Below are positions 18,633-27,872 of a DNA stretch of 64,000 nucleotides, piece by piece. Position numbers and translations under genes: made by a program. Source of the DNA: Bacillales bacterium (GTDB lineage Bacteria; Bacillota; Bacilli; Paenibacillales; CANHCR01); NCBI GenBank assembly GCA_947459205.1, contig CANHCR010000009.1, positions 798 to 64,797 of the forward strand. Direction: 5' to 3'. Under the pieces are notes generated by a model. The model ran no database searches. It saw nothing but the letters and a program-made list of their open reading frames with translations, and was not told where the DNA came from. Every line of letters starts with the position of its first letter. Positions within the stretch are counted from its first letter, which is position 1.

Positions 18633-19562
18633 ATGAAGTTTATCGCGATAGATTTTGAGACTGCTAACCTGCGTGTTCGCTCTAGCGCCTGCGCATTGGG
18701 AATTGCAGTGGTAGAAAATAGTCGCATTGTTGAGCAAAAGTATTGGCTCATCAATCCTCAATGTGAGTTTGATGACTACTGTATCCGCGTACACGGTATC
18801 ACTCCGAAAATGGTGGCGAATCAGCCAACGTTTCGCGAACTGTGGCCAACCATCAAACATTATTTTGAGGGGACGAGCATGATTGCGCATAATGCCTCTT
18901 TTGATTTCAGTGTGTACAGGTATTGCCTTGCGGATGCAAACGAGACATCCCCTACTTTAAACTATTACTGTACCTATCGGCTGTCTAAAAAATGGCTAGA
19001 TGGTTTGCATGGATATTCGCTCGACGTCATCGCGGACCATCTGGGTATCGCGTTTCAACATCATCATGCACAGGAAGATGCGAGAGTAGCTGCGATGCTG
19101 ATGATTCACATGCAGAATGAACTGGGATTGACAGATTTAAATGCCTTGGCCGAACGCTTTGATTTCGTGCCAGGGACCGTACATGCTCACGGGTATCAAA
19201 GTTTCTCGGTGAAGAGCAACAAAACATCGAAATCGGGCTGGCAAAAGGTTCGAGCTAGTGATATAGTGTCGACTCATACTGAATTTGATGCTGAACATCC
19301 GCTATTTGGGAAAAAGGTTGTGTTCACTGGAACGCTGGAATCCATGACTAGAAAAGAGGCGATGCAGAAGGTCGTAGATGTTGGCGGGCACGTCCTGGAT
19401 AGCGTTAACAAAAATGTGAATGTTCTCGTGGTGGGTAGTTATGACTACCGGAAATTCCGGGAGGGGCATAAAAGTTCGAAACTAAACAAGGCAGAGTCAT
19501 TTATCTTGCGTGGAGCCGAACTGGAGATTGTCGATGAGCGTGATTTTTTAAGGTTTTTATGA
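18633..19562 (+). CDS. DEDDh (DnaQ-like) 3'-5' exonuclease fused to a C-terminal BRCT domain
   Basis: Exo motifs IAIDFETA, HNASFDFSV and HHAQEDA. C-terminal GKKVVFTGTLESMTRKEAMQKVVDVGGHV..VLVVG is BRCT-like. Confidence 0.85.
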   Translation: MKFIAIDFETANLRVRSSACALGIAVVENSRIVEQKYWLINPQCEFDDYCIRVHGITPKMVANQPTFRELWPTIKHYFEGTSMIAHNASFDFSVYRYCLADANETSPTLNYYCTYRLSKKWLDGLHGYSLDVIADHLGIAFQHHHAQEDARVAAMLMIHMQNELGLTDLNALAERFDFVPGTVHAHGYQSFSVKSNKTSKSGWQKVRASDIVSTHTEFDAEHPLFGKKVVFTGTLESMTRKEAMQKVVDVGGHVLDSVNKNVNVLVVGSYDYRKFREGHKSSKLNKAESFILRGAELEIVDERDFLRFL

Positions 19563-19667
19563 AGTGCAGTATCTCCATGATAATTAATTTTAATTGTTTT
19601 ATTCGAGATTTTTTCGCAAATATCGAGTATAATACATTTGTAAACGATATTTGTCGAGGTGAACATC

Positions 19668-20915
19668 ATGTTGATTGATTTCCGTTTTGCTAACTTTCGC
19701 TCGTTCAAAGACGAGCAGACGTTTAGTATGCAACCTGTGAAAGAAAAAAGCAAAGTGAACCAAATCTCAAATTTTTTTACCTATGCTCCAGATAAATCGT
19801 TGCTTTTGACTTGCGCCATTTATGGAGCCAATGCATCTGGCAAAACAAATGTCCTGCGTGCCATGGCGTTGATGGCAGAACTCGTCACGGAAGGGCATAA
19901 GTTGCAAAAAGGTGAATCGCTCCGTGTGGAACCGTTTCGCTTGGATGAACAGCGAGCAGCTGAACCGAGTTCGTTTGATGTGCAGTTTATTGTCGATGGT
20001 ATCAAATATGCATATGGTTTCGTCATTCAGCAGGATAAAGTGTTGGAAGAGTACTTGTATTCATGGCCGAACGAGCGACAAAAGATGATTTTTGAGCGAT
20101 TCGAGACGACGAAGTACCGCTTTGTAACGGAAAAAGCCAAGCAAAAGACAATCGCTGCATTGACCGCGGATAATATGCTGTATTTAGCCAATGCGAATCG
20201 GATGAATTTGTCGTTCGTCACGCAACCTTTCGAATGGTTTCGCCACCGCATGACAACGATGTTGGAGATTGAGACGTTATTCACGGATGCCTATGTACCG
20301 AAACTGATTGCAGAGTACCCTGATTTGATGTCCGAGCTAATCGATGCAATGAAAGTGGCTGACGTCGGTATCGAGAGCATTACCGTCAAACCACGTGCGA
20401 TTCAATATCGACAAAACATTTTTGCTGTTCGTGAACATGAGGAGTTGCTGCGAGACATCATGAGTCACGAAATCAAAGCGATACACCGACTTGCGAGTGG
20501 GAAAAACGTGGAATTTGAGTGGATGGATGAATCGCGCGGTACACGTAAATTTGTTTCGCTCATGTTGCAGGTGTTGCGCTCGCTAAAATACGGCAGAGTG
20601 ATGCTGGTCGATGAATTGGATGGGAGCCTACATCCTATGCTGACAGAATATATCATTGGACTATTTCATTCGATCGAAAGCAATCCGCATCATGCGCAAT
20701 TGATTTTCACGACACATGACACGAACTTACTTTCCTCAACAAAGTTCCGGCGAGACCAGATCTGGTTTACGGAAAAGGATCATGAAAGTGGTGCATCTAG
20801 CATCTACTCCTTAGCTGATTTGAAAATACGAAATGACGAGAATTACGAAAAAGGTTATTTGAGTGGACGATATGGTGCGATTCCGTTTGTTCATGAGGGG
20901 AATAAAAATGAGTAA
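19668..20915 (+). CDS. AAA_21/ABC-type ATPase (AbiLi/RloA-like)
   Basis: MLIDFRFANFRSFKD start, Walker A GANASGKTN, Walker B VMLVDELDGSLH, TTHD. ATG 19668 lies 8 nt after GAGG (track start is 19659). Confidence 0.85.
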   Translation: MLIDFRFANFRSFKDEQTFSMQPVKEKSKVNQISNFFTYAPDKSLLLTCAIYGANASGKTNVLRAMALMAELVTEGHKLQKGESLRVEPFRLDEQRAAEPSSFDVQFIVDGIKYAYGFVIQQDKVLEEYLYSWPNERQKMIFERFETTKYRFVTEKAKQKTIAALTADNMLYLANANRMNLSFVTQPFEWFRHRMTTMLEIETLFTDAYVPKLIAEYPDLMSELIDAMKVADVGIESITVKPRAIQYRQNIFAVREHEELLRDIMSHEIKAIHRLASGKNVEFEWMDESRGTRKFVSLMLQVLRSLKYGRVMLVDELDGSLHPMLTEYIIGLFHSIESNPHHAQLIFTTHDTNLLSSTKFRRDQIWFTEKDHESGASSIYSLADLKIRNDENYEKGYLSGRYGAIPFVHEGNKNE

Positions 20916-21525
20916 ACATTCGCGCCATTTTAACCATAGTCGCAAAATCAAAATGCGTGACCCGAGAAAACGGATCTATGTGCTCTGCGAGGGTAAGACG
21001 GAAGAAGGTTACTTTGAATCGTTCCGAAGACGAGGACTCAATTTAAGACTTGAAGTGCAGACCGCTAAACATACGGATCCTGACAGTATGTTACAAAGCG
21101 CAAAACAGATCATTAGCAAGGAAGAGTTGGAATCTGGTTTTGATGAGATGTGGTGTGTGTTCGATTTGGATGTACTGGCGACGGACGAGCAGTGGAGATT
21201 GATTTATTCGTCAGCATCGAAACATCATGTTCGACTGGCATATTCTAATCCGTGTTTTGAGTTGTGGTATTATCTTCATTTTACGTACGTAAGCAAAAAA
21301 CTAGATTCGAGAACGGTGCTGAGTATGTTGCGAACGTATCTTCCGGATTATGAAAAAAACAAAGATGTGGCGAAGGCGATTCGCCAACAGTTAAGTAAAG
21401 CAATCGCGAACGCTAAACAATTATCGGAGTACCATAATCAAAAGAAAATGGAGAGACGATGGACAAGAAGAAATCCTGAGACCGCAGTGCATGAGTTAGT
21501 GCAGCGATTATTACTGATGGACTGA
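20908..21525 (+). CDS. RloB-like (AbiLii-like) protein
   Basis: RIYVLCEGKTEEGYF..WCVFDLD..AYSNPCFELW is the RloB/Toprim-like signature. ATG 20908 follows GAGGGG and overlaps the ATPase stop by 8 nt. Confidence 0.8.
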   Translation: MSKHSRHFNHSRKIKMRDPRKRIYVLCEGKTEEGYFESFRRRGLNLRLEVQTAKHTDPDSMLQSAKQIISKEELESGFDEMWCVFDLDVLATDEQWRLIYSSASKHHVRLAYSNPCFELWYYLHFTYVSKKLDSRTVLSMLRTYLPDYEKNKDVAKAIRQQLSKAIANAKQLSEYHNQKKMERRWTRRNPETAVHELVQRLLLMD

Positions 21526-21623
21526 CGAAAAAAATGAACTGTATCGACAATAATCGGTATACTTTAAATATAAATGTGAGATTGAAGAATTGGGGGCTGT
21601 CAAACGTGTTTGAAAAACTGAAC

Positions 21624-23474
21624 ATGCAATCGAAAGCGTTAACACAACATCAGATAGAGCAATTGGCTACGTTGTTTCCGAATGTGATAACCGAAGTCGC
21701 GGATGGGCATGGAGGGCTGAAGAAAGCGGTTGATTTCACGCTGTTGCAGCAAGAATTGTCGGATGTGTTGGTTGATGGTGTGAAGGAACGCTATCAGTTG
21801 ATGTGGCCGGGCAAACGACAGGCAATTTTGACGGCGAACGAGCAAATCAATAAAACACTTCGTCCGGTGAAAGAAGATAGTGTCGATTGGGATACGACGA
21901 AAAACATCTATATCGAAGGCGACAATCTGGAGGCGTTGAAACTGTTGCAAGCTTCCTACATGAACAAAGTGAAGTGTATCTATATCGACCCGCCGTATAA
22001 TACAAGTAATAATTTCATATATTATGATACTTTCAAACAAGATGCAGAAGAGTATTTAGTGGAATCGGGTCAGAAAAGTGAATTAGGTGAAAAGTATCGC
22101 CCTAACTTAGAAACTAATGGTCGGTTTCATAGTGACTGGTTATCGATGATGTATCCGCGGTTAAAGTTGGCCCGGAATTTGCTAAGGGATGATGGGGTTA
22201 TTTTCATTAGTATTGACGACCATGAGGTTGATAATTTAACTAAAATGTGTAGTGAGATTTTTGGGGAACAGAATTTTGTTGGAAATGTGATTTGGCAACG
22301 AGCCTTTTCTCCAAAAAATGATGCGAAATATTTTTCTGCAAGTCATGATTTTATTCTAGTTTATGCTAAAGACATTGAAATGTTTAAAATTGGAAAATTA
22401 GAGAGAACTGAGGAGGCAAATAGTAGATATAAAAATCCTGACAATGATCCGCGGGGACCATGGGGTTCTGGAGACTTGTCGGTGAAAACGTATTCGGTAA
22501 AATATGATTACCCGATTTACACACCAAGCGGTAGGGTAGTAAATCCGCCACACGGATCTTGTTGGCGTGTATCAAAAGAAAAATTTAAAGAGTTAGTAGA
22601 AGATAATCGCATTTGGTTCGGAGAAGATGGCAGTAATGTGCCACGTTTGAAGCGCTTTTTGAGTGAAGTACAAGACAGAATAATACCAACAACGATTTGG
22701 TTTTATGATGAAGTAGGACATAACCAAGAAGGTCGTCAGGAAGTAAAAAAAATATTTGATGATAGAGGATACTTTGACGGTCCTAAACCAGTAAGGCTGA
22801 TATCTAAAATATTACGAATAGCAAATTGTAGTAATGAAGATGTTATCCTAGACTTCTTCTCAGGCTCCGCCACCACTGCCCACGCAGTGATGCAACTGAA
22901 CGCCGAAGACGGTGGCAACCGCCAATACATCATGGTACAACTCCCCGAAATCACCAAAAAGGAGTCCGAGGCCCACAAAGCCGGCTACAAAAACATCTGC
23001 GAAATTGGCAAAGAGCGCATCCGTCGCGCCGCAAAGAAGATCAAAGAAGAAACCAACGCAGAGATCGACTACGGCTTCCGCGTGTTTCGCGTCGACTCTT
23101 CCAACATGAAAGATGTTTTTTATACGCCGCAAGAACTAGTTCAGCGCGATTTGCTCGATTTAACCACGAACATCAAAGAAGACCGCACAGGCGACGATCT
23201 GCTCATTCAAGTATTACTCGATTGGGGCTTGGAACTATCCTTGCCACTATCGACAACCACTATCGACGGCTTTGAGATTCATACGGTAGCAGGAAATTTG
23301 TTGGTCGCTTGCTTTGATACCAATATCGCTGAATCCGTCATCGAAAAAATTGCTGCTCTGAAACCGGAACGAGCGTTATTTTGCGACAGTTCCTTTGCCA
23401 ACGATGCGGCGAAACTCAATGTCACGGAACTATTTAAACGAATTTCTCCAGATACAGAAATCAAGGTGATATAG
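21624..23474 (+). CDS. mod: type III-like (beta-class) DNA methyltransferase Mod
   Basis: Motif IV IYIDPPYNT lies N-terminal to motif I ILDFFSGSATTAHAV. Start uncertain: track 21534, ATG 21624 or GTG 21606. Confidence 0.85.
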   Translation: MQSKALTQHQIEQLATLFPNVITEVADGHGGLKKAVDFTLLQQELSDVLVDGVKERYQLMWPGKRQAILTANEQINKTLRPVKEDSVDWDTTKNIYIEGDNLEALKLLQASYMNKVKCIYIDPPYNTSNNFIYYDTFKQDAEEYLVESGQKSELGEKYRPNLETNGRFHSDWLSMMYPRLKLARNLLRDDGVIFISIDDHEVDNLTKMCSEIFGEQNFVGNVIWQRAFSPKNDAKYFSASHDFILVYAKDIEMFKIGKLERTEEANSRYKNPDNDPRGPWGSGDLSVKTYSVKYDYPIYTPSGRVVNPPHGSCWRVSKEKFKELVEDNRIWFGEDGSNVPRLKRFLSEVQDRIIPTTIWFYDEVGHNQEGRQEVKKIFDDRGYFDGPKPVRLISKILRIANCSNEDVILDFFSGSATTAHAVMQLNAEDGGNRQYIMVQLPEITKKESEAHKAGYKNICEIGKERIRRAAKKIKEETNAEIDYGFRVFRVDSSNMKDVFYTPQELVQRDLLDLTTNIKEDRTGDDLLIQVLLDWGLELSLPLSTTTIDGFEIHTVAGNLLVACFDTNIAESVIEKIAALKPERALFCDSSFANDAAKLNVTELFKRISPDTEIKVI

Positions 23475-23486
23475 GGGGCTACGTCC

Positions 23487-26400
23487 TTGAAGTTAAAATT
23501 CAAACACCAACGCTTTCAAGAACAAGCGGCAAAAGCCGTCGTTGATTGCTTTGTTGGTCAGCCACTCGGCGAGATCCGCTATACGATGGATCGCGGTGTC
23601 GTTAAGGACGAGTTGGTGCAAACGGCGCTGGGCATGGTCGCAGATAACGGTTCGGTGGCGCTTGCAACGCCGACCGAAGACGTCGAACTCGTCGGCTTTC
23701 GCAACAAGGAAATCGTCCTGACGGAGCGCCAAGTGCTGGCCAATATTCGTGCCGTTCAGCAACAGAACGGCCTGTTTCTTTCGGAAAGATGTGACGGCAA
23801 GTACAATTTGACGATCGAAATGGAAACCGGTACCGGCAAAACGTACACCTATATCAAAACGATTTATGAATTACACAAAAGCTACGGATGGAGCAAATTT
23901 ATCATCGTCGTGCCGTCCATCGCCATTCGTGAAGGCGTCTACAAATCGTTTGAAATCATGAAAGATCATTTCTTTCAAGAATACCAAAAGACGCTTACCT
24001 TCTTCATCTATAGTTCGAAACGACTGACGGAGATTGAACACTTCGCCAGTGACGGTAATATTCAAGTGATGATTATCAACTCACAGGCGTTTAACTCGCG
24101 GGATGCCGCCTCCCGGCGAATTCACATGGAACTTGATGAATTTCAGTCGCGCAGACCGATCGATGTGATCGCCAAAACGAACCCCATCCTGATCATCGAT
24201 GAACCGCAGTCTGTAGAGGGCGAACGCACCATCGCGGCACTGGCTGATTTTCACCCGTTGTTTACCTTGCGCTACTCGGCTACGCACAAGAAAGAGTTCA
24301 ACAAGGTGTTCCGCTTAGATGCGGTTGATGCTTACAATCGTAAATTGGTCAAAAAAATTCATGCCAAGGGGTTCACGGTCAAAGGTAGTGAAGGCATGGA
24401 CGGCTTTCTCTATCTTGAAAGCGTTGGCATCAGCAGCAAACATCCGCCGTTTGCCTATATGGAGTTTGCATATAAGACGAGCCATGGCGTTCGTCGCAAA
24501 AAGCGGAAGTTTGAGGCGAATGATGATTTGTTCGAACTGTCTGGCGGATTAGCACAGTACCGCGGATTCAAGATTGCAGACATTAACGGCTTGCACAAAA
24601 CCGTGACCTTTATGAACGGGAAAGAGGTAAAAGCTGGCGATGTGCATGGGGAGACGAACGAATTGTACTTTCGACGCGTGCAAATCCGCGAAACGATCAA
24701 GTCGCATTTGGATAAAGAAAGTCGTTTGTATAACGAGGGCATTAAAGTGTTGTCGCTGTTTTTCATCGATAAAGTCGATAAGTATCGACAGTACGATGCA
24801 GAGGGTCAGGAAGTCAATGGTGAGTATGCAGACATCTTCGTCGAGGAGTATGAATCGCTCGTTGAAGCGTATGCGAACATATTGGATGATGACGCTTACA
24901 GTCGATATTTGCAAGCAATCGCCGTGCATGAGACTCATAAAGGCTATTTTTCAATCGATAAACGGACGAAACGCGTCGTCGATTCCAAAGTGAGTGGGCG
25001 CGGTGAAAGCGATTCGGATGACGTTGATGCCTATGATTTGATTATGAAAGACAAAGAGCGGTTGCTCAGTTTTGCCGAACCGACTCGCTTCATATTCTCG
25101 CACTCTGCATTGAAAGAAGGATGGGACAATCCGAATGTGTTCCAGATTTGTACGCTGAAAATGAGCGACTCCAACGTGAAAAAACGCCAGGAAGTTGGAC
25201 GCGGGTTGCGTCTGTGCGTCAATCAACAGGGGGAGCGGATTGATGCGGATAAAGTCGGTACGGACAAAGTGCACGATATCAACTTGCTGACCGTCATTGC
25301 CAGTGAGTCGTATGAACAGTTTGCGCGCACGTTGCAAGGTGAGATTGCTGCGGCGCTGTCTGATCGACCGAAGAAAGTCGATACGGCGTTCTTCAAAGAC
25401 AAATATTTGCAAGACGGTCGCGGGCAGAAACTGAAAATTGATGCTGAGTTGGCGGAACACTTGCGCTTTGATTTGATTGCGCACGGTTATGTCGACCGAA
25501 ATGGCGTGCTGACTGACACATATTTCGCGGCTTTGGAGAACCACACATTACAAGTCGCGGAGGAGATGGTACCGTATAAGACATCGCTCATCCAATTGTT
25601 GGAGGCTGTCTACGTAGAAGGGCGTGCAAAACTGCTCGAGGACGGACGCAAATTCGATTTGGAACCGATGAAACCAAATCAAAATTTTTACAAAAAAGAG
25701 TTCCAAGATTTGTGGAAACGGATCAATCGCAAGACGTATTATACGGTATCGTTTGATAGCGACGAATTGATTCGTAATGCCGTGTTCGCGCTCGACCGTC
25801 AATTGGAAGTGCCGCAGTTGCGGATTGAAGTGGTGGAGGGCGAAATCAAAGAAATCAAATCGCGTGAACAATTGCAGGCGGGGCAGGCGGATCAGCGTTT
25901 GCACAGTCACAATGAGACGCTCGGTGCTCGGGTGGAACATTAACGCCGCTATGACTTGATCGGAAAACTTGTGGAAGAGACGCAACTGACGCGCAAGACG
26001 ATCGTCCGCATTTTGCAAGGCGTGTCGCAACCGACGCTGATGAAGTTTTCATTGAATCCGGAGGAATTCATCATTCGTGCCGGAAAAATCATCAACGAGC
26101 AGAAGGCGACGACGGTCATCGAGCAGATTATGTATGATTTGTTGAACGACACCTATGACAGCGATATTTTTACGAAAAACAACTTGGGTGTGAAATCGTC
26201 GGAAAACTCGATTGCGGTTGACAAGCATATCTTTGATATTGTCGTCACAGATTCGGAAATCGAGCGCAAATTTGCGCGGAACTTGGACATTAGCGGTGAA
26301 GTGTGCGTTTATGCTAAATTGCCGCCGGGCTTTACTATTCCGACGCCGCTGGGCAAATACAACCCGGATTGGGCGATTGCGTTCAACGAAGGGACGATGA

Positions 26401-26576
26401 AATACGTGTACTTTATCGCCGAGACAAAAGGGTCGATGTCTAGCTTGGATGTGCGTGAAGCGGAAGAGGCCAAAATCGAGTGTGCACGCAAGCATTTTGC
26501 GCGGCTGAGCGGAGACGGGATTCAGTATGATGTGGTCAGCAATTACGAAGAGTTGTTGGGGAAAGTGATGAAGTAG
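23487..26576 (+). pseudogene. res: type III restriction enzyme Res, interrupted by a single in-frame TAA (25941-25943)
   Basis: Helicase motifs ETGTGKTY and IIDEPQS are in 23487..25943. The PD..ExK nuclease region (NPDWAIAF..YFIAETKG) is in 25956..26576. Both track ORFs are in the same frame (coordinate mod 3 = 0) and are separated only by TAA: ..GARVEH*RRYDLIGKLVEETQLTRKTI. Confidence 0.8.
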
Positions 26577-26591
26577 AATGAGGGGAAATTT

Positions 26592-27722
26592 ATGATTCCA
26601 TCAAATATTTCAAGGAAACATGTTGAACAGGCAATCGAGGAAATTGACAAAACGGGCTATCCTGCAAAACGCGAATCAACTAAGTTTGATTTGATTCATC
26701 ATGGTAAGCGATATCCTCCTAAAGTAGTTGTTTCTAAGGCAAATCGATTTGCAAATGGAGAGGAATTGACACAATTCAGTGGCGGAGAGGAAACCAATCA
26801 GTTCCTAAGGAGACTTGGTTTTAAGATCGTGCTACGCGAATCTATCAAAACTGTGAGGAAAACATGGATTTTTCAAGGGAATCCAAGTCATTTTGAGATT
26901 GATCGTTACTTGTCGGAACAAACGAAAATGTATTGGAGTGTGACCAAAAACAAACATATAGAAGAGATTCAAGCTGGGGATATTGTTTATTTATGGCGCT
27001 CTCGTGGTAACCGATATCATTCTTACGGAATTGTAGCCAAAGGAATAATCAGCGCTAGTCCAGTGCCAAAGTCTGGCGTAAATAATCCCGAACTACTCGG
27101 TGATGATTTATGGCTTCAGACTGATGAAAAATATGACTCCTACAAAGCTGAAATGGTCATCGATGAAGTTCGTTTGAACGAACAGTCAGGGATGCTAACC
27201 GTCGATATGATTCGTTCGGATGAAATCTTGTCGGAGATGTCGATTGTCAAGTTGAAAGTAGGTACGAATTTTGAACTCACTGATGAGCAAGCGAAACATC
27301 TAGAAGCAATGTGGTCTGAATTTCGCCTCGATGAGAATTCAGAAGAAGACCGGCAAGAGGATTTGTTTCATATCTCTGGATACACCGTACAAGAAGGCAA
27401 GAGAAGAATGAAGATTCATAAGCGGCGTGAAAGAGATTCGAAATTGAGAGAGATGAAAATAAAGAGTTTCATGATTCAACACAAACGTCTATTTTGTGAG
27501 ATATGCAACTTTGATTTTGAAGCAGTATATGGCGAGATTGGCAAGGGCTTTATCGAGGTACATCATTACATTCCGCTCAATAAAATGGGTGAATACCGAA
27601 TGAACGCTAATGAGGCGTTGGATAATTTAAAAATTATATGTGCGAATTGCCATCGGATGGTTCATCGCGGTGACCCAGTGGAGATGTTTGAAACCATCAA
27701 GAAGTTATTTGATATTCCTTGA
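26592..27722 (+). CDS. type IV (modification-dependent) restriction enzyme candidate: N-terminal DNA-binding head, EVE/PUA-like reader, HNH nuclease
   Basis: EVE-like KTWIFQGNPSHFEIDRYL..AGDIVYLWRS..YGIVAKG. C-terminal HNH CEICNFDFE..IEVHHYIPL..NLKIICANCHRMVH. The N-terminus (..GKRYPPKVVVSKA..FSGGEETNQFLRRLGFKI) resembles heads of McrB/ScoMcrA-type enzymes. Confidence 0.8.
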   Translation: MIPSNISRKHVEQAIEEIDKTGYPAKRESTKFDLIHHGKRYPPKVVVSKANRFANGEELTQFSGGEETNQFLRRLGFKIVLRESIKTVRKTWIFQGNPSHFEIDRYLSEQTKMYWSVTKNKHIEEIQAGDIVYLWRSRGNRYHSYGIVAKGIISASPVPKSGVNNPELLGDDLWLQTDEKYDSYKAEMVIDEVRLNEQSGMLTVDMIRSDEILSEMSIVKLKVGTNFELTDEQAKHLEAMWSEFRLDENSEEDRQEDLFHISGYTVQEGKRRMKIHKRRERDSKLREMKIKSFMIQHKRLFCEICNFDFEAVYGEIGKGFIEVHHYIPLNKMGEYRMNANEALDNLKIICANCHRMVHRGDPVEMFETIKKLFDIP

Positions 27723-27872
27723 TTATGCAGTTATTGATGGTTGTGTGTTTCTATTATTTTGGTGCACGCGCATCTGATATTCTAGGTCCGCTATCAGATG
27801 TCGAGAGGTAGTAGGTGCAAGATTGCTTACACTTAAATTTAGTTTCGAGTAAAGGGGAAGAAGCATTGAAGG

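Noticed and set aside
14535-26576. Calling the SNF2 helicase + methyltransferase locus DISARM or BREX.
   Set aside because: There is no DrmA/DrmB (DUF1998), PLD nuclease, PglZ or BrxC-type gene. Mod and Res have type III hallmarks, so an extended type III R-M locus is the simpler reading.
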